Positions 1 through 9,400 of a stretch of DNA of 64,000 nucleotides are shown one piece after another. The DNA is from Methanomassiliicoccales archaeon (GTDB lineage: Archaea; Thermoplasmatota; Thermoplasmata; Methanomassiliicoccales; JAAEEP01): positions 21,318-85,317 of the forward strand of contig JAAEEP010000006.1 of NCBI GenBank assembly GCA_013415695.1. The letters are read 5' to 3'. Position 1 is the stretch's first letter, and each line of letters begins with the position of its first letter. Under the pieces are notes generated by a model. That model was given only the letters and a program-made list of their open reading frames with translations. It was not told the DNA's origin and did no database searches. The translations under genes and the position numbers were made by a program.

Positions 1-626
1 CCATAACCGTACTCCGTCGAGGTGGACGGATTCCAGACATCGAAACCTGTGGCTACAACCACCGCCCCGACATCGAACTCCAGCATGACATCGTTCATCT
101 CGTAGTCGATCGCTTCCCTCTTGCAGACCTTCTTGCAGACCCCGCACTTTCCTTCCTTGAGGTACCTGCAGTTCTCAGGGTCTATGATCGCCGCTCTGGG
201 AACAGCCTGCATGAAGGGCATATAGATGGCCCTCCTTGTCGACAAACCTTGCTCCCACTCATTGGGTATATTCTTCGTGGGGCACTTTTCCAAGCATTCT
301 CCACACCCCGTACATTTGTATTCATCAACGTATCTAGCCTTCTTCAGTACCCTGACATTGAATTTGCCCTTCTCACCTTCGAGGCCGACCAATTCAGAAC
401 AGGTCATCACGTTAATGTTGGGGTGTCCATAGCAATCAGCCATCTTCGGGGCGAGTATACAGATCGAGCAGTCATTGGTGGGGAAGGTCTTGTCCAGCTG
501 TGCCATTCGGCCACCTATGCTGGGCTCCTTTTCCACCAGGTGCACGATGACTCCCTTGTCCGCTAGGTCCAAGGAGGCCTGTATGCCCGCGATGCCGCCG
601 CCAATTACCAGCACCGTTTTTTCCAT
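1..626 (-). CDS. hdrA: HdrA-like FAD/Fe-S flavoprotein, 5' part only (gene continues beyond window start)
   Basis: Manual minus-strand translation from ATG 626-624 (GGAGG upstream) stays open to position 1. It reads MEKTVLVIGGGIAGIQASLDLADKG..MAQLDKTFPTNDCSICILAPK..CTGCGECLEKCP..CRYLKEGKCGVCKKVC. It is absent from the ORF track because there is no stop in the window. Paralogous to the N-halves of the two large hdrA genes. Confidence 0.9.
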   Translation of the reverse strand, partial: MEKTVLVIGGGIAGIQASLDLADKGVIVHLVEKEPSIGGRMAQLDKTFPTNDCSICILAPKMADCYGHPNINVMTCSELVGLEGEKGKFNVRVLKKARYVDEYKCTGCGECLEKCPTKNIPNEWEQGLSTRRAIYMPFMQAVPRAAIIDPENCRYLKEGKCGVCKKVCKREAIDYEMNDVMLEFDVGAVVVATGFDVWNPSTSTEYGY

Positions 627-693
627 TTTTCTTTCCTCCGTCCAGTAAAACCACAGTATTTTCTTTTGGAAAGTGGATTCTTTTCCACGTCAT

Positions 694-747
694 GGGTACC
701 TGGTGCCTGACCGCTTCAACGATCATTTGCACGCACTTAAGGTACCC
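694..747. repeat. 8-bp inverted repeat GGGTACCT/AGGTACCC (694-701 / 740-747) in the spacer between the Cys-repeat gene and hdrA
   Basis: Read directly from the sequence. The arms are perfect with a 38-nt spacer. It lies in the 137-nt gap inside an otherwise overlapping gene string. Confidence 0.5.
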
Positions 748-763
748 ATCCTGAAAATGGCTC

Positions 764-1135
764 CTACTCCCCTCCCTCGAAGATCCCTGAAAGATCTCCA
801 GATTTTTTCAATTCCACAGTCTTAACCTTGAATTTCTTCTTGTCCAGGACTTCCCTCTTGTATCTTTGACAATTGGGATAGGTGCATGGATCGCACTGCT
901 TCTCTGAACAAGCCAGTTCAACAAACATGTACCATTGTCGGTACCCATCCTTGCTTACAGGTGGACCCTCTACCTCAAACGCTTTGGTGGTCACTTTGGG
1001 CTTCTCTGTCAAACGAACGTAACGCTGACAGTCTGGATAAGTGCATGGGTTGCACTTGAAGTCCTTGCAGGAGAGTTCCACCATTAGATATCTCTTGTCC
1101 GGATTATCCATTTCTTCGGTCGCCGTCTCAATCAC
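764..1135 (-). CDS. Unrecognised small soluble protein with a tandem-duplicated C-x4-C-x2-C-x4-C-QRY motif (8 Cys)
   Basis: 123-aa ORF; start is GTG 1135 (1 nt after the hdrC/B fusion stop) or ATG 1111. The two repeats are LMVELSCKDFKCNPCTYPDCQRY and MFVELACSEKQCDPCTYPNCQRY. Same strand and tight spacing with the hdr genes. Confidence 0.6.
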   Translation of the reverse strand: MIETATEEMDNPDKRYLMVELSCKDFKCNPCTYPDCQRYVRLTEKPKVTTKAFEVEGPPVSKDGYRQWYMFVELACSEKQCDPCTYPNCQRYKREVLDKKKFKVKTVELKKSGDLSGIFEGGE

Positions 1136-1136
1136 C

Positions 1137-2282
1137 TCACTTCATATGTTCTGCCACGAAGTTGCTGAAATCCTTTACTTTAATATCAATCTTCTCTCTC
1201 TCAATGGGCATTTTTTCCATCGAAAGCAGACAGTTGTAATGTATCACGCACTTGGGACAAAAGGCCAACATCGTTTCCGCTCCTGTCTGCTTGGCCTCGA
1301 GCAGCCTCATCATCTGGAGCTGTCTTGAGGCTTCGTTGCAGTTGGTGAACGCATTGACCCCGCAGCACAAGGCTTTCTCCTGAGAGCTAGCCATCTCAAC
1401 AAACTCGACCCCCATGGCGTCGAGCAGATCCCTTGGCGTATCGTAGATGCCAGCGTGCCTCCCCAACCGACAGGAGTCGTGGTAGGTGACCGTTTCATCG
1501 GTCTCCTTGAACTCCAGCTTCCCCTCGTCTATCAGATTCATGAGGAACTCGGAGATATGCAGAATCTCAAAGTCCAAGTCTCCCAGGAACCCCTGATAGT
1601 CGATGTTGAAGGTTCTGAAACCTTCTGGGCATGAAAAGACCACTTTCTTTGCTCCGGTCTCCTTGATCATTTCCACGTTCTGCTCCATCAGGTCAATGAA
1701 GCCTACCTCATCCCCAGACCACAGCTGATCATGACCGCAACAGACCTCCTTATTGGACACTACCGGTTCGATTCCCGCGGCGTTCATTATCCTCACCACG
1801 TTCGCGGGGATCTCCTTCAGTTCGGGTGCCTTATCGTTGAAAAGGATACCGAGTTGGTAGGCGCAGCCCGTGAAGTAGTAGACATCGCCCTTATCACTCA
1901 CCTTTAGATCATCTGTGAGCCATGCGAGCCGGTTCTGCTTCTGTCCCATACCTGTGATCCTCTGCATGGTCTGGACCGCCCCTGCCTCCGAGCAAACGGG
2001 AACATTGCCCATTCCCACTGCCTCTACCCTCATCCTCTGGATGAAGCCGGAGAAATCCACCTCATAGGGGCACATGTCGTTGCAGATCTCACAGGTTATG
2101 CATGACCATATGTCCTTGTCACGCTTGATCTCCGATTCCAGACCCTCCTGGGCCTTGACCACTATCAATCTAGGGGCGAAATCGGAATTAATATTCGCTA
2201 CTGGACAAAGGCTGGTGCACTTACCGCACTCCACGCAGTCGAAGGCTCCAGTTTCTTCGATGAACTCCTCGATCTTGGTCAT
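1137..2282 (-). CDS. hdrD: HdrC/HdrB fusion (HdrD-like): N-terminal 2x[4Fe-4S] ferredoxin motifs plus two CCG domains
   Basis: 381 aa with CVECGKCTSLCP, CITCEICNDMCP, VCCGHD and ALCCGV (CCG motifs). ATG 2282 overlaps the mvhD stop (TAATG). Confidence 0.8.
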   Translation of the reverse strand: MTKIEEFIEETGAFDCVECGKCTSLCPVANINSDFAPRLIVVKAQEGLESEIKRDKDIWSCITCEICNDMCPYEVDFSGFIQRMRVEAVGMGNVPVCSEAGAVQTMQRITGMGQKQNRLAWLTDDLKVSDKGDVYYFTGCAYQLGILFNDKAPELKEIPANVVRIMNAAGIEPVVSNKEVCCGHDQLWSGDEVGFIDLMEQNVEMIKETGAKKVVFSCPEGFRTFNIDYQGFLGDLDFEILHISEFLMNLIDEGKLEFKETDETVTYHDSCRLGRHAGIYDTPRDLLDAMGVEFVEMASSQEKALCCGVNAFTNCNEASRQLQMMRLLEAKQTGAETMLAFCPKCVIHYNCLLSMEKMPIEREKIDIKVKDFSNFVAEHMK

Positions 2283-2698
2283 TAGATCACCTCCTTCAAG
2301 GGGCTTGGACCGAGTTCCTCCAACTCTTTGGTGAAATTATTCATGGTATCGGCGAATTTGGTACCTTCCCCCGCGGAAATCCACTCCAGCCTCAATCTCC
2401 TGCTGTCCACGCCAAGAACGTCAAGAAGCTCCTTGGTCATTTCAACTCTCACTTTTGCCTTCTCGTTGCCCGCGATGTAATGACAGTCACCTATGTGGCA
2501 CCCAGCCACCAGCACACCATCCGCCCCCAATTCAAAGGCTTTCAGAATGAACTGCGGTTCCAGTCTTCCACTGCACATCACCTTAATGATCCTAGCACTG
2601 GGAGGATACTGCAGTCTGCTGACCCCCGCAAGGTCCGCGCCGGCGTAGGAGCACCAATTGCAGCAGAAGGCCACGATCCTCGGTTCGAAGGCAGTCAA
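2282..2698 (-). CDS. mvhD: MvhD-like [2Fe-2S] subunit (methyl-viologen-reducing hydrogenase delta family)
   Basis: Reads TAFEPRIVAFCCNWCSYAGADLAG..MCSGR..GADGVLVAGCHIGDCHY. The probable TTG start at 2698 overlaps the hdrA stop (TTGA). The track ORF extension to 2806 lies inside hdrA and is rejected. Confidence 0.8.
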   Translation of the reverse strand: MTAFEPRIVAFCCNWCSYAGADLAGVSRLQYPPSARIIKVMCSGRLEPQFILKAFELGADGVLVAGCHIGDCHYIAGNEKAKVRVEMTKELLDVLGVDSRRLRLEWISAGEGTKFADTMNNFTKELEELGPSPLKEVI

Positions 2699-5600
2699 TA
2701 TCTCACCCCCTCTAGGCAGGACTCGACCATTGCAAGTATCTGCTCGTTGGTGAAATGTTTGCTGATGATAGCCCCGTTGCAGCATGTCACTGCACATGTA
2801 CCGCATCCTTTGCAGAGCGCGGGGTTGATGCTGGCCTTGAAAACTCCTGGCTCAACTTCCTGCACTGTGATGGCGGAGAACTCACAGACTGCCTCGCATC
2901 TAGCGCAGCCCCGACATTTCACCTCCTCCACATAGCTTATTGTGGCCTCACCCTCCACGGTGTCCTTGGATATCACCATTATTGATCTTGATGCGGCTCC
3001 CGCCGCCTGGGCGATGCTCTCGTCCGCGAGCTTAGGCCAATGGGCAAGGCCTGCAAGGAACACCCCCTCGGTGGCGAAGTCCACCGGCCTGAGCTTCATG
3101 TGAGCCTCCAGGAAAAAGCCATCCTTGCTAAGGGGAACTTTGAGCATCTTCGCCAATTCCTCGTTGTCGGGATTGGGCTTAATGCCTGTGGAGAGTACCA
3201 CCATATCCGGTTGTACCGACACCTTGTCCCCAAGAATCACATCCTGGGCGGAAATATCGATGATGCCTCCATCCACCGTCATGTCTGGCATGGTGTCGTC
3301 CGGCATCCTTATGAACTTCACGCCAAGCTCGCCTGCCTCCCTGTAGAGATCTTCCTTGAAGCCGTAGGTCCGGATGTCTTTGTAGAACATGTATACCTCG
3401 GCCTCAGGGTTGGCCTTCTTGATGCTGATCGCATTGTTCATGGCAGTCGAGCAGCAGATGCGGCTGCACATCGGATTATCCTTAGTGCGGGAGCCAACAC
3501 ACTGGATCATGACCACATTCTTGGCCTCGAGAGGTTTCTCGGCCATCATCTCTGCCAACTCCAGCTGTGTGACCACGCGGTCATCCTCACCGTAGAAGTA
3601 CTCGGTGGGCTGGTATTCCTGTGCTCCCGTGGTCAGTATTATCGTGCCTGCCTCAATCTCTTCCTCCGGAAGTGATATCCTAAAGTTGCCCACGAAACCC
3701 GAGATGTTCTCAATCTCAGCGTTCAGATGTACGGTAATCTTCTCGTTTCTAGAGATCTTAGCAATGAGCTCATCGGATACCTGCTTGCCGGTCTTTCCAT
3801 CCTTGTAAATGTGGACCCGCTTCAGATTGCCTCCAAGGCCATCCGATCTTTCGATGATGTCCACATCGAAGCCTTGGGCGGCGATCTCGAGGGCGGTAAT
3901 CATCCCAGAGAGGCCACCTCCAATGATGGCGGCTGAGTGATAGACTTCAAGTTTAGTCCTCTCCAAAGGTGAGATGAGCCTTGCCTTCGCCACCGCCATT
4001 CTCACAAGGTCCTTGGCTTTCTCCGTGGCTTTCTTTGGCTCGTGAGAGTGCACCCATGAGCATTGGTCGCGTATGTTGGCCATCTCGAAGAGATACGGGT
4101 TCAGGCCGGCTTCCCTGATGGTACTCTGGAATAGAGTCTCGTGAGTCCTCGGTGTGCATGATGCCACGATCACCCTGTTGAGGTTGTTCACATTGATCAT
4201 CCTCTTGATGATCTCCTGAGTATCCTGGGAGCAGGTGTACAGGTTCGCCTCGGCGTGAACGACATTTGGCAGGGTCTTTGCATACTCCACCACCTCCGGG
4301 ACGTTGATCACCCCGCCGATGTTGATGCCGCAGTGGCATACGAACACCCCTATTCTGGGCTCTTGAGTCCTTATGTCGACCTCATGAGGATACTCCTTTG
4401 GTTTGGCAAGTGTATTCCTCCTATCCGAAATGATTGCCGATGCCTTAACCGCTGCTCCCGAAGCCTCGGCCACCGTGGTCGGGATGTCCATGGGAGCAGC
4501 GAATGACCCGCTTACGAATATGCCCTCCTTGGATGTACTCAGCGGATCCCAAGCACCGGTTTCACAGAAGCCGTACTTGTTCAGCTCAATGCCGAAGACC
4601 TCCTGCAATTTCCCGGCGCTGTTCGAAGGGCAGAGACCTACCGAAAGGACTGCCATTTCGAACTCTTCCTCGTAAACATCGCCCCCTTCGCTGTACCTGA
4701 CGATAATGTTCTTGGTCTCAGGGTCTTCCTCGAGAGAGGCCACCCTAACTCCCCGGTGAATAATAACGCCACGTTCAAGCTCAGCGCGCTTGCGGTAGTC
4801 CTCGAACTCCTTTCCGACCGCTCTCACATCCATGAAGAAGATGTGCGGTTCCAGTCCCTTGGCGTGTTCCCCAGCGATGATGGCCTGCTTGAGCGCGTAC
4901 ATGCAGCAGACTGATGAGCAGTAGGTGTTTCCTACCTTCTCATCCCTGGACCCAACGCATTGCAAGAACGCTATCTTGGAGGGTATGTCACCATCTGAAG
5001 GTCTAAGCACATGCCCGAGATATGGGCCAGTGGCGCTGAGAATCCTTTCAAATTCTATGCTGCTCACCACATTCAGGTATTCTCCATAGCCATACTCCTT
5101 CTTCACCGAAGGCTCAAATTCCTCCGAACCAGGCGAAAGAATGATAGAACCCACCTCGACCGCTACGGACCTGTCCGCCAGCTCGAAATCGATGGCTCCG
5201 GTATTGCATGAGAGCTTGCAGGCACCGCACCCTATGCAGAGTTCGGGATCAATGCTGTATACCAGGGGAACCGCTTGAAGGTAAAGCACAGATATCGCTT
5301 TCCTCCTCATGAGCCCCTCGTTGAACTCATCTACGTACTCGACGGGACAGTTCTCTGCACAGGTTCCGCAGCCTATGCATTTCTCTGGGTTGACCTTGGG
5401 TACCCTCTGTTTGAGCGTCACCTTGAAATTTCCGGGCTCACCCTCGCATTTTTCAAGATCCGCATTGTTTATTATTGTGATGTTGTGATGCCTTCCCGCC
5501 TGCACGAGTTTTGGGGCGAGTATGCACATCGCGCAATCGTTGGTGGGGAAGGTCTTGTCCAGCTGGGCCATCACGCCCCCGATGCTTGGCTTCTTCTCCA

Positions 5601-5700
5601 CCAAGTAGACTCTGAAGCCTGAGTCGGCAAGATCCAGGGCTGACTGTATTCCAGAGATGCCGCCCCCGACGACCATTACTGCGCCGATCTTTTCGCCCAT
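2695..5700 (-). CDS. hdrA: Double-length HdrA-like flavoprotein (about 1001 aa)
   Basis: N-half: GGGISGIQSALDLA, LDKTFPTNDCAMCILAPK, CIGCGTCAENCP, CIGCGACKLSC, CVGSRD..YCSSVCCMYALK. Middle: VFVCHCGINIGG..ASCTPR..DQCSWVH. C-half: a second GGGLSG Rossmann motif, IQCVGSR..MCSRICC, and terminal CRGCARCEAVC plus CKGCGTCAVTC. ATG 5700 has SD GGAGGTG; the track start 5709 is GTG. Confidence 0.85.
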   Translation of the reverse strand: MGEKIGAVMVVGGGISGIQSALDLADSGFRVYLVEKKPSIGGVMAQLDKTFPTNDCAMCILAPKLVQAGRHHNITIINNADLEKCEGEPGNFKVTLKQRVPKVNPEKCIGCGTCAENCPVEYVDEFNEGLMRRKAISVLYLQAVPLVYSIDPELCIGCGACKLSCNTGAIDFELADRSVAVEVGSIILSPGSEEFEPSVKKEYGYGEYLNVVSSIEFERILSATGPYLGHVLRPSDGDIPSKIAFLQCVGSRDEKVGNTYCSSVCCMYALKQAIIAGEHAKGLEPHIFFMDVRAVGKEFEDYRKRAELERGVIIHRGVRVASLEEDPETKNIIVRYSEGGDVYEEEFEMAVLSVGLCPSNSAGKLQEVFGIELNKYGFCETGAWDPLSTSKEGIFVSGSFAAPMDIPTTVAEASGAAVKASAIISDRRNTLAKPKEYPHEVDIRTQEPRIGVFVCHCGINIGGVINVPEVVEYAKTLPNVVHAEANLYTCSQDTQEIIKRMINVNNLNRVIVASCTPRTHETLFQSTIREAGLNPYLFEMANIRDQCSWVHSHEPKKATEKAKDLVRMAVAKARLISPLERTKLEVYHSAAIIGGGLSGMITALEIAAQGFDVDIIERSDGLGGNLKRVHIYKDGKTGKQVSDELIAKISRNEKITVHLNAEIENISGFVGNFRISLPEEEIEAGTIILTTGAQEYQPTEYFYGEDDRVVTQLELAEMMAEKPLEAKNVVMIQCVGSRTKDNPMCSRICCSTAMNNAISIKKANPEAEVYMFYKDIRTYGFKEDLYREAGELGVKFIRMPDDTMPDMTVDGGIIDISAQDVILGDKVSVQPDMVVLSTGIKPNPDNEELAKMLKVPLSKDGFFLEAHMKLRPVDFATEGVFLAGLAHWPKLADESIAQAAGAASRSIMVISKDTVEGEATISYVEEVKCRGCARCEAVCEFSAITVQEVEPGVFKASINPALCKGCGTCAVTCCNGAIISKHFTNEQILAMVESCLEGVRY
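3488..3600. repeat. Near-identical block shared with 7265-7377 (hdrA paralogs)
   Basis: By manual alignment, 89 nt are perfectly identical (3488-3576 = 7265-7353), and 113 nt match with 2 mismatches. Flanking sequence is much more diverged. Confidence 0.85.
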
Positions 5701-5701
5701 C

Positions 5702-6475
5702 TCAGGCACCTCCCCTCAACAGAGCCTTGTATTTCGGTGTAGGGCCCTCAATGGAGTCCATGCCTATGAGATTCCTCGACCTCAGAACGACTACTTGCTT
5801 CAGTATTTCTTGAGGGGGAGCACCTATCTCTTCCGCCAATTCCTTTACTGAGAGGGGATTGGTCTTAGTCAATTGGAGGATAAGATTTCTTTCATAGTCC
5901 TCCTTTACCACCACTTCGGTCAGCTCATCCAGTTCATCAACGTTGATGAGGTCGCCGTAGACATTCCCTCTCTGAGTAAGATCCAATTCCTTGCCGCTGA
6001 GAAGCCTCAGCCTGTACTCTCGGGCAGTCCCAATAGCGGCGTCGAGCTTCACTTGAAGCTCCTCATTGTCCTTGACCGGGGATGGTCCAAGCTTCTTCAG
6101 GTACTTGACGAAATCGTCGACAACCTCGGCGAACCTCTCGCCTTCCGAGGCTGAGACAGGTTCTAACCTCAGCCTCCCTGGGTCAAGACCAACGAATTCC
6201 ATCAACTGCCATGCCATCTCCACCCTCTTCTGCGTGTATATGTGAGCGGAGAGATTGCAGCAGTCCTCGATGTGACAACCCCCGATCAACACCCCATCAG
6301 CTCCCTCGCTGAACACTTCGAGGATTATGTGAGCGGTAATCCTGGTGCTGCAAAGCACCCTGATAGAGCGTATATTGGTTGAATACTGGAAATGACTCAC
6401 GCCTGCCAGGTCAGCACCGGCATAGGCGCAGAAGTTGCATAGGAAACCAATGATCTTTGGTTCAAAGTTGCTCAC
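5702..6475 (-). CDS. mvhD: MvhD-like domain with a C-terminal extension of about 120 aa resembling a winged helix-turn-helix
   Basis: GTG 6475 overlaps the hdrA stop (GTGA). Reads SNFEPKIIGFLCNFCAYAGADLAG..GADGVLIGGCHIEDC, then ..NLILQLTKTNPLSVKELAEEIGAPPQEILKQVVVLRSRNLIGMDSIEG. The track extension to 6694 is rejected. Confidence 0.75.
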   Translation of the reverse strand: MSNFEPKIIGFLCNFCAYAGADLAGVSHFQYSTNIRSIRVLCSTRITAHIILEVFSEGADGVLIGGCHIEDCCNLSAHIYTQKRVEMAWQLMEFVGLDPGRLRLEPVSASEGERFAEVVDDFVKYLKKLGPSPVKDNEELQVKLDAAIGTAREYRLRLLSGKELDLTQRGNVYGDLINVDELDELTEVVVKEDYERNLILQLTKTNPLSVKELAEEIGAPPQEILKQVVVLRSRNLIGMDSIEGPTPKYKALLRGGA

Positions 6476-9400
6476 TCCATCACCTCCTTGAGGGCCACAC
6501 AGGCCTCGGCCAGGAGCTGAGAATCTGTGTAATGCATGAGGACGATTGCCCCCACTGGGCAGGCTGCTCCGCAGGAGCCGCACCCCTTGCATAGGGCAGG
6601 GTTCACAGACGCTTTCAGAGCACCTGTGGAGTCTTCTTTCATATCTACCGCACTGAAAGCACAGACCTCCTGGCAAATGCCGCAAGCCCTGCACTTCAAT
6701 TCATCGATCACTGGAACCGGGGCCATCCCCTCTAACTCGCTCTTCGCGATTATGGTCATGGCCTTCGAAGCAACGGCCGCGCCCTGGGCGATGCTCTCGT
6801 TGGCAAGCTTCGGCCAATGGGCAAGACCTGCCATGTAAATACCTTCAGTGGAAAATTCCACAGGTCTTAACTTCATATGAGCCTCCTGGAAGAAGCCATC
6901 TTTGCTAAGGTGAATCTTTAGCATCCTTGCCAGCTTGCTCGAATCTTCCCTGGGTCTAATACCAGTGGAAAGGACCAAGAGGTCCGCATTGACAACCACC
7001 TCATCTCCGAGAATGAAGTCATTGGCGCTGACCAATAATCTACCATCTTCCATCTTGACCTCAGGCATTTCGGCATCAGGCATCCTTATGAACTTCACAC
7101 CCAACTCGCAAGCTTCCCGATAGAGATCCTCCCTGAGGCCGTAGGTCCTTATGTCCTTACAGAAAACAAAGACATTTGAACCTGGGTTGCTCCTCATTAC
7201 ATTAATTGCATTGTTCATAGCTGTCGTGCAGCAGATACAGCTGCACATCGGATTGTCCTCGGTCCGGGAGCCAACACACTGGATCATGACCACATTCTTG
7301 GCCTCGAGAGGTTTCTCGGCCATCATCTCTGCCAACTCCAGCTGTGTGACCACACGGTCATCCTCGCCGTAGAAGTATTCCTGTGGTTGATACTCCTCAG
7401 CGCCTGTGGCCACAATGATGGCCCCAGCCTTTATCGGTCCACCATTGGTATTGAGCACGAAGTTGCCCACGAAACCCGCTACTTCCTCTATCTCTGTCTC
7501 AAGATGGACGGTCACCCTATCATTTGACATGACTCTGGAAATCATCTCATCCGCAGCTTCCCTTCCGGTTTTGCCGTCTTGCTTAAAAAGCACTCTATTC
7601 AAATGACCTCCAAGCCTGTCTGATCTCTCGATCAGATCGACCTCGTAGCCATTACTGGCGATCTCCAGGGCGGATGTCATTCCGGCGAGACCGCCTCCTA
7701 TGACCGTGACGGAATGGCCAATTGGGAATGTGGGTGTTGTCAAAGGCTCAACCAGTCTTACCTTGGCCACTGCCATCTTAACCAGATCATTTGCCTTAGC
7801 GGTGGCCTTTCTCTTCTCATTCATGTGAACCCACGAGCATTGATCGCGTATGTTTGCCATCTCCAGGAGATACTGGTTCAGGCCAGCTTCCCTGATGCAA
7901 TTCTGGAATAGCAGTTCGTGTGTCCTTGGAGAACACGAAGCGATCACTATCCTGTTCAATCTGTGTTCTTCGATCTTCTCCTTCATCAATTCAAGTGCGT
8001 CCTGTGAGCACGCATAAAGGAAGTCGGAAACGCTGATCACATCGGGCAGTTCCTTCGTGGCCTGTACAACCTTCTTCACATTGACCACACCACCGATGTT
8101 TCTACCACAGTGACATACGAATACCCCTATTCTGGGCTTCTCACCCTGCACATCCTTTTCTGAGGGGTAGTCCTTTCGAAGGATGGAGACTTTCTCCCGT
8201 TCGGTGACGGTCGAAAGCGCTTTAGAAGCTGTTCCAGACGCCTCAGCGACAGAGGCTGGTATGTCCTTTGGTGCTGAGAAGGTCCCACACACGTAGATAC
8301 CATCCCTGGAAGTGGATAAAGGATCCCAGACGCTTGTGGAGCAGAATCCGTCCTTGTTGAGCTCGACGCCGAAAACCTTGGAGATTTCCCCGGCCGATGT
8401 GGTAGGGCAGACACCCACTGACAGAACCACAAGATCGAAGGTCTCCTCGACCAGTCTTTCACCATCGCTGTAGTGAACAATAAGGTTCTCGTCGTCATCC
8501 TCATCAATGGAGGCGACTCGAGTCCCTCGATGGATCACAACTCCTTCTTCCTGCTCCGCCCGGATACGATAGTCCTCGAACTCCTTGCCAACCGTCCTTA
8601 CGTCCATGAAGAATATGTGCGGCTCCACCTTATTGAGGCGGTTCTTGGCGATCATGGCTGCCTTGAGTGCATGCATGCAACAGACAGATGAACAGTAGGT
8701 GTTTCCTACCTTATCATCTCTGGAACCCACACATTGGAGGAATGCAATTCTATTTGGCGCCTTCTTGTCAGATGGCCTTAGTAATTGGCCTTCATAGGGT
8801 CCAGCAGTGCTGAGGATCCTTTCAAATTCTCTGCTCGACACAACATTCTTGAAGAACTCATAGCCGTACTCCGTCTTCATTGAGGCATTGCATTCATCAA
8901 AACCAGGACAGAGTATCACTGAGTTGACTTCGAACTCGATCTCCTCGTCCTCCATATCAAAATTGATGGCGTCGTACTCACAGACCTTTGCGCATATTCC
9001 GCACTTCCCCTGTGTCAGATATAGACAGGTCTCTGGATCTATGACCGCGGTCTTCGGAACCGCTTGTGGAAATGGAATATATATCGCCTTTCTCGTAGAT
9101 AGTCCAAGTTCCCAGTAATCTAGGACTCCTTTCACAGGACACTTCTCAATGCAGTCCCCACGACCCATGCATTTTTCCTGATCGATGTATGTGGCCTTCC
9201 TGAGAACCTTCACCTTGAAGTCTCCCTTGTCGCCCTCAAGCCCAATCACCTTGGAATGGGTTAGAACATTGATGTTTGGATGGCCATAGCAGTCAACCAT
9301 TTTCGGAGCCAGTATGCATATCGAGTAATCATTAGTTGGGAAAGTCTTGTCCAATTGGGCCATCTTCCCACCAATGCTTGGATCTTCTTCTACCAGATAC

